Below are positions 38,886 to 48,198 of a stretch of 64,000 bases of DNA, in pieces; position 1 is the stretch's first letter; the number at the start of each line of letters is the position of its first letter. The stretch lies in the NCBI GenBank assembly GCA_030753015.1, contig JASMDC010000008.1, positions 47,645-111,644 of the forward strand, in the 5' to 3' direction. The position numbers and the translations under genes are program-made. The notes below the pieces were generated by a model. The model was not told the origin of the DNA and searched no databases. It worked only from the letters and a program-made list of their open reading frames with translations. Source of the DNA: Candidatus Undinarchaeales archaeon (lineage in GTDB: Archaea > SpSt-1190 > JASMDC01).

Positions 38886-40118
38886 ATGGACCTGCTCTCC
38901 CTGTCCCTTGCCAACATCGGCCGCCGCCTGTTCCGCAACGGCTTCACCGTGGTGAGCATCGCCATCGGCATCGCGGCCATCGTCGCGCTCCTGGCTCTTG
39001 GTGACGGGATGAAGGAATCGCTGGGCGACCAGCTCGGGCCCATGGCCGCCGACATCATCGTCATGCCAAAGTCCAAGGGCGTCCAGCGGCAGCGGGGACG
39101 GTTCGGCCATGGTCCACCCGGCCGGATGAGGTCATTTGGTGGTGTCTACCCCATGGACGAGTCCATCCTCTCGGATCTACGCCGGGTCGATGGCATCAAG
39201 TTCGTGGTGCCCCGCTACTCCACACGCGGTCAGCTCAAGGTCGCATCGGACGACTTCTCCGTGTCGATCATGGGCATCGACCCAGACGCCGAGAAGGACT
39301 ACGACCAGATACCCGACTTCGCAGAAGGGAAGATGTTCCTCTCCCGGGACCGGAACATGGTGGTACTGGGGGACCGGGTCGTGAGCGACTTCTTCCAGTT
39401 CCGCCGCCCCCACGCACGCTCCACCGTGGTGATCGAGGGACGTAAGTTCCAGGTGGCGGGCATCCTCGAGAAGGGCGGGCGGGGAGGTCCAGGCGGCTCC
39501 TACGACAACGCCGTTCTCATGAGCATCGAGGACGCGCGGGATATCAGTGATCCCGAGGTGAAGGACCAACTCAGTCAGCTGGTCGTGCGCGCCACCTCCG
39601 CCGAGATCGCCGAGAACGTGGCGGATGACATAGTCAAGATAGTCGACACGGTCCAGACCATGGCCCTCTCCACAATGCTGGAGACCATCCAGGAGATCAT
39701 GAGCACCTTCACGGCGTTCCTTGCCGGCATCGCGGGCATCTCACTGTTCGTGGCCGCCATCACCATCCTCAACAACATGTACACCGCCGTCATGGAGCGC
39801 CGGCGCGAGATCGGCACCATGAAGGCGCTTGGCATGGACAGCAGCCAGGTCCTGATAACCTTCTCCATCGAGGCGGGAATCCTCGGGCTACTAGGCGGTG
39901 CTCTGGGTATCGCTATCGGCTTGGGCATCGGCCAAGTGGTGGAGTACATGCGGCTGGGAGCCCCCGGGCCGGGCGACGCATTCCTCGTGCCTGTATACGC
40001 TCCTGAGTACATGATGGCCAGCGTTGTGTTCGGTGTCATGGTGGCGCTGTTGTCGGGCCTCTACCCCGCCTACCGCGCATCACAGCTGTCGCCGGTGGAG
40101 GCGCTGCGGTTCGAGTGA
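38886..40118 (+). CDS. ABC permease, MacB/FtsX type
   Basis: IAIGIAAIV, ERRREIGTMKALG, GLYPAYRASQLSPVEALRFE. Confidence 0.95.
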   Translation: MDLLSLSLANIGRRLFRNGFTVVSIAIGIAAIVALLALGDGMKESLGDQLGPMAADIIVMPKSKGVQRQRGRFGHGPPGRMRSFGGVYPMDESILSDLRRVDGIKFVVPRYSTRGQLKVASDDFSVSIMGIDPDAEKDYDQIPDFAEGKMFLSRDRNMVVLGDRVVSDFFQFRRPHARSTVVIEGRKFQVAGILEKGGRGGPGGSYDNAVLMSIEDARDISDPEVKDQLSQLVVRATSAEIAENVADDIVKIVDTVQTMALSTMLETIQEIMSTFTAFLAGIAGISLFVAAITILNNMYTAVMERRREIGTMKALGMDSSQVLITFSIEAGILGLLGGALGIAIGLGIGQVVEYMRLGAPGPGDAFLVPVYAPEYMMASVVFGVMVALLSGLYPAYRASQLSPVEALRFE

Positions 40119-40152
40119 TGCGCGCGCCCCGGTCTAATAATTTAAACTACCC

Positions 40153-41043
40153 ATGAGGAGAGGCATCCCGATGGAGCGTCGCCTGGCTTTCGTTGTGGTA
40201 TCGCTCCTCATCGCCCTTACCTGCGCCCAGGAGGCTGCGCTCGATGCCTACTACCTCTCCGTTGACGTGTTTGAGAGCGGGGAGGCCCACTGTACCCTCT
40301 CACTCACGTACCGGCAGGATGGCGACGAGCTCTCGGGAGGCTATCTGGTCCTGCCCGGGAAGGCAAGCTATGTCTCCGTCACTGATGAAGAGGGCGCGCT
40401 CAAGTTCGGCTCGGCCGAGGTCGATAACCTCACCGAGGTACGGTTCCTGTTCCGCGACATCATCCCTGATAGTGAAGAGTATAGAGTGACCGTGGACTTC
40501 TGGACCTTCGACCTCACTCGGAAAGACCAGGACGAGTGGGTGCTCGAGGTGGCGTACGTCGATCCTCCGATGGTCGAGCGGTACTCACTGGCGGTCACGC
40601 TGCCAGAGGGCGCCGCCTACAATCCAGGCGACGAGACATGGTCTTCGGTGCAGGCCGATGGAGGCCGTGTCATCCTCTCCACGGAAGGTGCTATAGGCGA
40701 CACCCTGGTCGCCTACTCCCTTCCCTCCGATCGGAACACCGCGCTTCCCGAGCTGGCTCTTGGCCTCCTCATCTTCCTAGTGGGGGCCATTGTGGGATAT
40801 CGCACGTTCCTGCGAGAACCCGTGGCAGAACAGGAGCGGGACATCACGCGCCTCCTGGATGACACAGAGAGAAAGGTCTACCAGCTTCTTTCCACCGAGG
40901 GCCCGAGCCTGAGACAGTCCGACATAGTCGAGCGGACAGGATTGCCCAAATCAACTGTGTCGAGAACGCTGGAACGGCTCGAACGCAAGAAGATAGTGAC
41001 GAAGGAACGCGTTGGGCGCGAATACAAGATAATCCTTGCTTGA
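40153..41043 (+). CDS. Extracellular domain + TM + winged-HTH regulator
   Basis: Signal peptide, beta-rich domain, TM helix, QSDIVERTGLPKSTVSRTLERLERK. Confidence 0.85.
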   Translation: MRRGIPMERRLAFVVVSLLIALTCAQEAALDAYYLSVDVFESGEAHCTLSLTYRQDGDELSGGYLVLPGKASYVSVTDEEGALKFGSAEVDNLTEVRFLFRDIIPDSEEYRVTVDFWTFDLTRKDQDEWVLEVAYVDPPMVERYSLAVTLPEGAAYNPGDETWSSVQADGGRVILSTEGAIGDTLVAYSLPSDRNTALPELALGLLIFLVGAIVGYRTFLREPVAEQERDITRLLDDTERKVYQLLSTEGPSLRQSDIVERTGLPKSTVSRTLERLERKKIVTKERVGREYKIILA

Positions 41044-41049
41044 ATCGCC

Positions 41050-41112
41050 TTGGTTCCACAGTCCCGCACGATATACACCTTTGTTCCGCAGTAACTATAT
41101 ATTTCGTTCCAG
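41050..41112 (+). promoter_or_regulatory. Repeated GTTCC(A/G)CA motif (candidate operator)
   Basis: GTTCCACA, GTCCCGCA, GTTCCGCA and GTTCCA around a TATATATT box. A GTCCCACA copy also lies near 38845. Confidence 0.5.
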
Positions 41113-41126
41113 GTATAGATGTAGTC

Positions 41127-41756
41127 ATGGTCGGTTCAGGATATATTAAAGCGAGAGTCATCGGGGCGGTCCTGGTCATTCTCCTGCTCTCCATCATAAC
41201 GGTCGAGGCCTTCAGGGGTCGCGGCAGGCGTGGCTTCATCAAGCCCAAACCCGCGTGGGAGCACCGTCCCGGCGACATGCTCGTGGCCTTCGACATCACA
41301 TCGGCCGAAGAGGCTGCGATCAGTGCGCTCAAGGTGAAGCTTGAGGAATCAGGGTTCGAGATCATCGCGAAGAAGACGTTCGAAAAGGGCGCCGGTCCTC
41401 AGGACTACCTCATTATCAAGGGGCCCGTAAAGAGCAGGGCGCTGCTTCCGGCCATCAAAGAGGCCACGGGGTTCAAAGCTATTGACCTCGGCTCGAAGAA
41501 GGATATCGGTTTCGCCCGTCGGGGATCGCGCGTGCGCTACGTCAAGCTCATGGTGCCCAAAGATAACGTGACCGACTTCGTCGAGGGTGCTGCTGCTGCC
41601 AACGTGACCACCACCATCGAGGACGGGTACGTCTTGGTGGTAGCGCAGGTCGGTGAAGGAGCTGACCGCTATAAGCTCCGCGAGCTCATCGGACGCATGA
41701 AAGGGGTGCCTCTGGCGCCTGTTGGGCGGCGCCCGTCGATGAGAAGATCGTCATAG
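41127..41756 (+). CDS. Hypothetical membrane-anchored protein
   Basis: N-terminal TM helix and typical codon bias. Confidence 0.7.
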   Translation: MVGSGYIKARVIGAVLVILLLSIITVEAFRGRGRRGFIKPKPAWEHRPGDMLVAFDITSAEEAAISALKVKLEESGFEIIAKKTFEKGAGPQDYLIIKGPVKSRALLPAIKEATGFKAIDLGSKKDIGFARRGSRVRYVKLMVPKDNVTDFVEGAAAANVTTTIEDGYVLVVAQVGEGADRYKLRELIGRMKGVPLAPVGRRPSMRRSS

Positions 41757-41773
41757 GCAGAGGTTGCATAACC

Positions 41774-42559
41774 ATGGGATACATGAGGCTGTTCAGTCTA
41801 GTGCTCTGTGCGCTCATAGCCCTGTCCGGGTGTATGGGGGGCGGCGGGGGTGGATCGAGCAAAACCGTTTCTTCCCCCCCGGAACGACGTATGAATACTG
41901 AAGAGACGACCGTTAGCACCCTCGCCGTCATGGTCCCTACCGACGCCATGGGCGAGCTGGAGCGGGCGCTCGCCGAGGCCGGTGTGGCCTCACTTCGTAC
42001 CGAATCCGACTGTTTCAATCCTGTGGACATGCAGATCGGGGGAGTTGACGGGATGATGATGCTCTCCGAGATAGTCGAGCGGTTCGGCGCACATACGGTC
42101 TCGCCCATGGGTGGCCGGATGCCTCCCACACGTCCAGGCGTTCCGTCGGACCACGGTCCCAGGTATGGCATGAACGGCACACTCGAGCGCAACCACACCT
42201 ATGGCGGTATGAACGGTACTTTCCCACGCAACTTTACACGGGACGGCATGAACCGTACTTTCGAGCGTAACCGCACCAGGAGAGGTATGGGCCGTATGTT
42301 CGCCCGCAACGTCACCATCTTGGTCCCCATCAACACCACGAGTGACGTGGAGCAGACGCTCACCGAGGCCAACATGACGGCCATTAAAAGTGATGATTGC
42401 TTCATCCCGCTCATTGTACAGGTAGAGGGGAGGGAAGGTATCATGCTCCTGAACGAGATCGTCCAGCCATTCGGCGCGATCCCCATCATACAACGGGACG
42501 CCCGAACCCAGCGCCAGTCGAGGGGCGGAACGCAAGGCTCCAGGCGACAAATGAGGTGA
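41774..42559 (+). CDS. Lipoprotein with a duplicated domain and 13-aa sequon-rich repeats
   Basis: Lipobox LSGC and two copies of the ..DCFxP.....G..G...L.EIV..FGA module. Confidence 0.8.
   Translation: MGYMRLFSLVLCALIALSGCMGGGGGGSSKTVSSPPERRMNTEETTVSTLAVMVPTDAMGELERALAEAGVASLRTESDCFNPVDMQIGGVDGMMMLSEIVERFGAHTVSPMGGRMPPTRPGVPSDHGPRYGMNGTLERNHTYGGMNGTFPRNFTRDGMNRTFERNRTRRGMGRMFARNVTILVPINTTSDVEQTLTEANMTAIKSDDCFIPLIVQVEGREGIMLLNEIVQPFGAIPIIQRDARTQRQSRGGTQGSRRQMR
42167..42316 (+). repeat. About 4x 39-bp tandem repeat (GMNxTFxRNxT)
   Basis: Units start at 42167, 42206, 42245 and 42284. Confidence 0.85.
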
Positions 42560-42565
42560 ACAGAA

Positions 42566-44767
42566 ATGCGAACAAGACCAAATGCGAGCGTACTCCTGAT
42601 GATAGCTCTCCTGACGAGCATATCCCTTATGCTGTCAGCGACCGCCCCCGCCTTGTCCGACACGGTGACGCGCTATCAGATCCTCTACTCGGACATCGAG
42701 GTGGGGGATCCTGCGTTCAGCACCTACCCGACGGCCGGGACCTGTTTCCTGATGAAGGTGCCAGCCACCAACAACGGCAACACCGAGGCCGACGAGATCG
42801 TGTTCAACCTGACGGTCGAGGAGCCGTTCAGCTTCGACGGCGACAGCGGGGTCAAGACCATCAGCCGCCTCGGTTCGGGGGTGTGGGGATGGATAGAGTA
42901 CAACCTGTGCGTCGACTCTGATGCTCCCGAGGGCAAGTACGCTCTGGACATCACCCACACCTACGAGGAGCTCGGCGCGGAATCCTACATGCTCGGGAAC
43001 ATCACACTGCCCGTAGGCGGGGTGCCCCGCTTTGACCTGACGGTAGAGCCCACCACCACCGACCTCAAGCTCGAGACCATGACCTTTTCCCTGAAGAACA
43101 TAGGGACCGGTCTTGCCAAGGACGTCGAGCTCGTCCTGGCCACCGACGGGACGCCACTGGTGCTCGAGGGGATGAACATCATCAACATAAAGTCCATGGA
43201 CGCGGGGGTATCAAGGTCCTTCGAGTACAAGGTACAGATCATCGAGCTGTCACCGTTCAACCTTCCGGTCACCATCACATACACATCCAGCCTCGGGGAG
43301 ACGAGGACACAGTCCATCAAGGTGGGCATCTCGGCGCGCCAGAGGATCAGCACAGAGGGCCTTGAGATCGCAGAGGTTGCTGTCGAGCCGGAGTTCGTGT
43401 TCCCGGGCCAGCATTTCACGGTCAAGTTCAGCGTGGAGAACGTGGGCCTCTACGACGCGCGGCTGGTCAAAGTGGTCATGGGAAAGGTCGAGACTGATAA
43501 CATCGTCACCGAGGTATTCGTCCCCTCGAAGCAGGGGAACACCGTTCATCTGGGCACCATCTCACCCGGGGCCGCAAAGAACGTCACGTTCACAATGCTC
43601 ACATCTGGGAACGCCAACTCCGGCTCCTACTCTGTACCAGTGACCCTCATGTTCGTGGACTTCCAGGACAACGACAAGGAACTTGACAGGAAGATAGGAG
43701 TACCCGTGCGCTCCAAGTCCACACTAACCCCCACCGAGGTGAGCACTGTGCCGGCAACGGTCATGGCCGGATCCAGCTTCACCCTCACCATGGGCGTATC
43801 CAACGGTGGACCTGCAAAGGCCACATCCCTCAAGGTGCGGTTCCTCAACGATGATAACTTCCAGGCGGTGGGAAAGGAGACCGTGTTCATCGGTACACTG
43901 GATGTGGACCTATCAGACTCGGCGGAGTTCACGGTGGCCAGCAGCCCCCAGACCTCCGGATCCGTCAAGCTACCCGTGGTGTTCGAGTACGTGGATGACT
44001 ACGGAAACATCATATGGGAGGAGGTGGATGCCTCCATCATCGTACAGGGGCTTGCCCCCGAGGACGTCTCGCAGATGGGGAACCGGACCGGTAGAATGCG
44101 TGGCGGGAGCAGGGGCATGCCCATCGACAACGGGGCTGCAGCAGGCATCACCATCACATCACCGCCAAAGAACCTCCTGGTGACCACGGAGCCGGTGAAC
44201 ATGGCACTGGGCGCCGTCGGGCTCATCGTCGTGGTTTACATACTGGGGAAGCTCATCGAGCCAAAGCGCTCCGATAAGCAAGGTGCGCTCATGCGCGCCT
44301 TCAGCACCCTGGTGGCCAACCGTATGGCGCTTGCGGTCGTGATACTCGTGGCAGGCGGCATCTGGCTCTACGGCGAGCGCACGACACTGGAGGAGGAGTT
44401 CACAATCACCCAGCTCGTGACCGCCAACGCCGAGGTGAAGCGCCAGCTCTCCAAGGTCCCAGATATCACCTCATGGCGCATCACGTCCATGGAGAAGGGC
44501 AGCCTCAAGCAGAAGGTGGATACAGGCAAGCTGCAGTTCCTCGCGACATGGGTAGTGACCCTCGAGCCGACGACGAGGTCGAACAAGCGCGCGAAGGCCG
44601 AGGTGGACACGAGGAAGGGAGCGGTGACCTCCATGGACCTGTGCACCGTCCAGGGCGACAAGGAGGACTGCAAGATCCTCTACGAGGCCAAGGACGACGA
44701 GGCCGATGAGATGAAGAAGCTGGCCCAGGCCTACGGCAAGAAGCTGGCCGCGGTCTACGACAAGTAA
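42566..44767 (+). CDS. Second COG1361 S-layer-like protein with two TMs and an extra C-terminal domain
   Basis: Signal peptide, repeated NxGxxxA / LGTISPG modules, TM helices, PepSY-like tail. Confidence 0.82.
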   Translation: MRTRPNASVLLMIALLTSISLMLSATAPALSDTVTRYQILYSDIEVGDPAFSTYPTAGTCFLMKVPATNNGNTEADEIVFNLTVEEPFSFDGDSGVKTISRLGSGVWGWIEYNLCVDSDAPEGKYALDITHTYEELGAESYMLGNITLPVGGVPRFDLTVEPTTTDLKLETMTFSLKNIGTGLAKDVELVLATDGTPLVLEGMNIINIKSMDAGVSRSFEYKVQIIELSPFNLPVTITYTSSLGETRTQSIKVGISARQRISTEGLEIAEVAVEPEFVFPGQHFTVKFSVENVGLYDARLVKVVMGKVETDNIVTEVFVPSKQGNTVHLGTISPGAAKNVTFTMLTSGNANSGSYSVPVTLMFVDFQDNDKELDRKIGVPVRSKSTLTPTEVSTVPATVMAGSSFTLTMGVSNGGPAKATSLKVRFLNDDNFQAVGKETVFIGTLDVDLSDSAEFTVASSPQTSGSVKLPVVFEYVDDYGNIIWEEVDASIIVQGLAPEDVSQMGNRTGRMRGGSRGMPIDNGAAAGITITSPPKNLLVTTEPVNMALGAVGLIVVVYILGKLIEPKRSDKQGALMRAFSTLVANRMALAVVILVAGGIWLYGERTTLEEEFTITQLVTANAEVKRQLSKVPDITSWRITSMEKGSLKQKVDTGKLQFLATWVVTLEPTTRSNKRAKAEVDTRKGAVTSMDLCTVQGDKEDCKILYEAKDDEADEMKKLAQAYGKKLAAVYDK

Positions 44768-44906
44768 ATGACTGATGGCGGCGGGGACAAGAATCTTCGC
44801 AAGTGAGGGTGCTGACGTGCTGTACGCTGCCTATTAGGCGGTGTGGTAAATCTGAGCCGCAAGCTCCGCAGCTTCGTGACCGTACTGGATATCGCCCACG
44901 AAAAGC

Positions 44907-45323
44907 TCACGTTCGCATGAGAACCCGCTCGATCCCGTCCCGCAGCTCCCACTCGGTGTCGTACTCCCAGAGCTTGAGGTTCGGATGAGCGTTCCCTGCC
45001 ACCAGTGCCGAGAGCCGGGTGCCCTTCTGACAGAAGCAGTGGACGGTCTTCCCCCACTCCAGTGCGAACCCGATCTCCATCCCCACGCCCAGGCTCGGAC
45101 GTGATACCTCGGCAATGAGCATCTCGCTCGTCCTCAGCCATGCCATGTCCCTGTCGAATATCTCCCGAGGCGTGAGTCCGGCCTCCTGCTCCAGAACATC
45201 GGGCGCAACGACGTGCTCGGTGAGCACCGTATGTCCGAGGTCCCTGATGGCCTCGGCCATGGCACGGGCGTTCCCAATGGCAGTGCGGTCACCGGCGATG
45301 GGGGCGGCGAGATAAACGTCCAT
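44907..45323 (-). CDS. Nucleoside 2-deoxyribosyltransferase / DNPH1(RCL)-like N-glycosidase
   Basis: VYLAAPI, VLTEHV, IFDRD, PSLGVGMEIG. Confidence 0.88.
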   Translation of the reverse strand: MDVYLAAPIAGDRTAIGNARAMAEAIRDLGHTVLTEHVVAPDVLEQEAGLTPREIFDRDMAWLRTSEMLIAEVSRPSLGVGMEIGFALEWGKTVHCFCQKGTRLSALVAGNAHPNLKLWEYDTEWELRDGIERVLMRT

Positions 45324-45384
45324 GGGAGGCGAGAACGGCACGCACCCTTTTATTTCTTGGTCGGGAGGGGATGAACTGGTGGAC

Positions 45385-46128
45385 ATGGCACCCATAACCC
45401 ATCGCATCCTTCTTGCGTGCGACCTGGACGATACTGTCGTGGGCGATACGGAGGGTGAGCGCCGGTTCACACAGGCGGTGAAGCGAGCACGGGACGCAGG
45501 CGTGTTGGTCCTTGCTTACGTCACAGGGAGGTACCTTGCATCGGGCCAGCGACTGGTCGCAGAGCACGACCTTCCGGAGCCCGACTGGTGGGGATGCGAC
45601 TCAGGAGCAACGGTGTACCGGGTAGCGGATGGGGGTACTTTGGATCTGACCGGAGAGCTGTCGCATGGACCATGGGATGCGGGGATCGTTCGCTCGCGTC
45701 TTGCCGGACATCCCGCCCTCGTCCCCCAGGACTTCGACAACCTCCGTCGGGTGAGCTACATCGTGACGAACGTGGAGCCCCGAGCCGTGGTCCGGGAAGT
45801 GAAGGGAGCGCTGGCCGGAATGGAAGTGGACGTCGCGCTCGTCAAGGACAACTGTCTGGACGTGCTCCCAGCAGGACTGGACAAGGGCGTGGCCGTGGCT
45901 TTCATTGCGGAGCATGAGGGCATCCCTGCAGGGGATGTCCTGGTGGCGGGTGATAGCGAGAACGACGTCCCCATGCTCACAGGAGGGTTCGGTAGGTCCG
46001 TCCTTGTGGGGAATGCTGAGGCATATGTTAAAGAGGCGTTACATGACAAAGGCGTCATCGTGGCAACGACCTCTCATGGCACGGCGGTGGCCGGAGCGCT
46101 CGAATCGTTCATCTCGGAACGGATCTGA
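45385..46128 (+). CDS. HAD-IIB phosphatase, sucrose-phosphate phosphatase-like
   Basis: ACDLDDTVVG, YVTGR, LPEPD, LDVLP...DKG, AGDSEND, VGNA. Confidence 0.8.
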   Translation: MAPITHRILLACDLDDTVVGDTEGERRFTQAVKRARDAGVLVLAYVTGRYLASGQRLVAEHDLPEPDWWGCDSGATVYRVADGGTLDLTGELSHGPWDAGIVRSRLAGHPALVPQDFDNLRRVSYIVTNVEPRAVVREVKGALAGMEVDVALVKDNCLDVLPAGLDKGVAVAFIAEHEGIPAGDVLVAGDSENDVPMLTGGFGRSVLVGNAEAYVKEALHDKGVIVATTSHGTAVAGALESFISERI

Positions 46129-46219
46129 GCCCCTTATCCTACGAAAAGTTATTAAGCGACGACCCTCGCCCATTCTAACCTGATGGGGTAAGCTGGACGT
46201 GTTGTCCGAACATCTTACT

Positions 46220-47221
46220 ATGGACGGGGAGAAGGATTCCCCCTCGCCCCAGGGCTGGGCACCCGAGGACAAGTACCTCTGGGACTTCTGGACCGTGGAG
46301 AAGGACGGCCAGCACCATATGTTCTACCTCCAGGCACCCCGTGACATATCACATCCTGAGATGCGCCATGGGATGGCGACGGTGGGGCATGCCGTGTCCG
46401 ACGACCTCGTCAACTGGGAGGAGATCGGTACTGCTCTGGAACCCGGATCGAAAGGCTCGTGGGACGACACCAGCATCTGGACCGGCTCCGTCATCGAGAA
46501 GGACGGCACCTACTTCATGTTCTACACGTCCCGATCCTCCGAGGAGAACGGCCTGGTGCAGCGTGTTGGGTTGGCGACCTCGGACGACCTGGTCAACTGG
46601 GAGAAGCAGTCCGGACCCCTCATGGAGGCCGATGCCAGGTGGTACGAGAAGCTCGGCGATCCCGGAGCAGAGACCGAGTCATGGCGCGACCCGCAGGTGG
46701 TGTACGATCCTTCCGACGGCTTCTACCACGCCTACGTCTGCGCCCGCACCAACGAGGGGCCGCTCGACAGCAGGGGGTGCATCGCCCACGCTCGCTCCAA
46801 AGACCTCTACGACTGGGAGGTGCTGGCGCCCATCAGCGCTCCCGGCCACTTCTCGCAAATGGAGGTCCCGGTCATGCACAAGCGTGGGGACAAGTACCAC
46901 CTCTTCTTCGCCACCGACGAACGATCGTACTCCGCCTCGCACGAGAACGAGATCGAGGGCTCACCGCAGACCGGAGTGTTCATGTACGTGTCCGATCGTC
47001 CCGATGGTGGGTTCCGACCCGCAGGTGACGAAGTCGTCATGGGTAGCGACACCAACGCCTACACCTGCAGGATAGTGCAGGGCAAGGACGGTCGCGACCG
47101 GCTGCTCACCTGGCTCTTCGAGGCCGAGGGCAGGGACGGGTTCGCGGGTGTCATCGACACGCCGTACCTCGTCACCTACAACGACGACGGTTCCATTGAG
47201 CTGGAACACGAGGTCTACTAG
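46220..47221 (+). CDS. GH32/GH68-like beta-fructofuranosidase (five-bladed propeller)
   Basis: WDFW, GHAVSDDLVNW, WTGS, WRDP, MEVP catalytic-triad pattern. No signal peptide. Confidence 0.85.
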   Translation: MDGEKDSPSPQGWAPEDKYLWDFWTVEKDGQHHMFYLQAPRDISHPEMRHGMATVGHAVSDDLVNWEEIGTALEPGSKGSWDDTSIWTGSVIEKDGTYFMFYTSRSSEENGLVQRVGLATSDDLVNWEKQSGPLMEADARWYEKLGDPGAETESWRDPQVVYDPSDGFYHAYVCARTNEGPLDSRGCIAHARSKDLYDWEVLAPISAPGHFSQMEVPVMHKRGDKYHLFFATDERSYSASHENEIEGSPQTGVFMYVSDRPDGGFRPAGDEVVMGSDTNAYTCRIVQGKDGRDRLLTWLFEAEGRDGFAGVIDTPYLVTYNDDGSIELEHEVY

Positions 47222-47289
47222 ACCGGTCCGGCATCCGAACTTCACAAAGGTAGATAAATCGATACACATTTTCTTACGATCGCCCGAGG

Positions 47290-48006
47290 ATGATCACAAT
47301 GGAGAGAGCAGCACACGTAAAGAGGACGGGATCCATCATCGCCGTTCTCGCGACCATAATCCTTCTGTCATTCATCCCGCTTGCGTTCGACACCTACGCC
47401 ACGACTAGGGAGAAGGGAGAGGTCGGTGCGTTCAAGGAGGGCGTCCAGTTCGGGTACGAGATGGCCACCGAGATGCTGGCGCGCGAGGTAGGCTCGTGCA
47501 AGCCCATAGAGCTGTCGTTCGGGGATAAGATCGTGAACGTGACCGCCCTCGACTGCGTCAGCGAGCGCGATGTCCAGGCAGGAGCACGCCTTGGGCACGA
47601 CCAGGCGATCATCCAGCTCATCAACAAGGCAGCGACGTGCGAACCCGTCGCAGTCTACCTTCAGGACCAGATCATCAACCTGACCATGGTCGAGTGCGTC
47701 CAGAACCGTGAGCTCCAGCAGGGCGCGAAGTACGGGTACGAGCGGGCCCTCACGCAGGTCGTCGCGCAGGCGGTGACGTGCGAGCCAGTCCCTATCCAAC
47801 TGCAGAACCAGACGGTCAATGTGACAGCGTCAGGTTGCGTGCAGCAGAAGGACGTCCAGGCGGGTGTCCAGTATGGCTACGAGTTGGCGGTGACGCAGCT
47901 GATGACCGAAGCGCAGAAGTGCAAGCCGGTCACAGCAAAGGTGCGCAACCGGACGATCGACCTGATAGCCGTCGACTGCCTCCAGCCTATGAACGTGACC
48001 GCCTGA
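47290..48006 (+). CDS. Membrane-anchored protein with four ~47-aa two-Cys repeats
   Basis: TM helix, then 4x GxxxGYExAxxQLxxxAxxCxPVxxxxxNxxxNxxxxxC. Confidence 0.8.
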   Translation: MITMERAAHVKRTGSIIAVLATIILLSFIPLAFDTYATTREKGEVGAFKEGVQFGYEMATEMLAREVGSCKPIELSFGDKIVNVTALDCVSERDVQAGARLGHDQAIIQLINKAATCEPVAVYLQDQIINLTMVECVQNRELQQGAKYGYERALTQVVAQAVTCEPVPIQLQNQTVNVTASGCVQQKDVQAGVQYGYELAVTQLMTEAQKCKPVTAKVRNRTIDLIAVDCLQPMNVTA

Positions 48007-48084
48007 AACCGGGTCAATAATCCACGCAGGTACTCCCTTCGGTCGTCACGAAAACATTTCATCACCGGGGACCATCATTACTGA

Positions 48085-48169
48085 TGGCCCCCGGGCGATG
48101 ATGAGAGCCTTATGAGGGTAGGGGAGCAATCCCCCATGACCGATCCAGGGTACTGAGCCTGTGGGGCCA
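48085..48169 (+). ncRNA. Box C/D sRNA; D' guide complementary to a CAU-anticodon (pre-)tRNA
   Basis: Terminal stems TGGCCCC/GGGGCCA and GGGC/GCCT, C box ATGATGA, guide GAGCCTTATGAG, internal GGGGA-GCAA-TCCCC hairpin, C'-like ATGACCG, D box CTGA. The D' box is degenerate. Confidence 0.7.
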
Positions 48170-48198
48170 CCAACCTTTTCAACCTTTCCCCGCGGCCT

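Noticed and set aside
44768-44820. Third box C/D sRNA (ATGACTGA ... CTGA)
   Set aside because: Boxes are degenerate, spacing is poor, and there is no terminal stem or recognisable guide.
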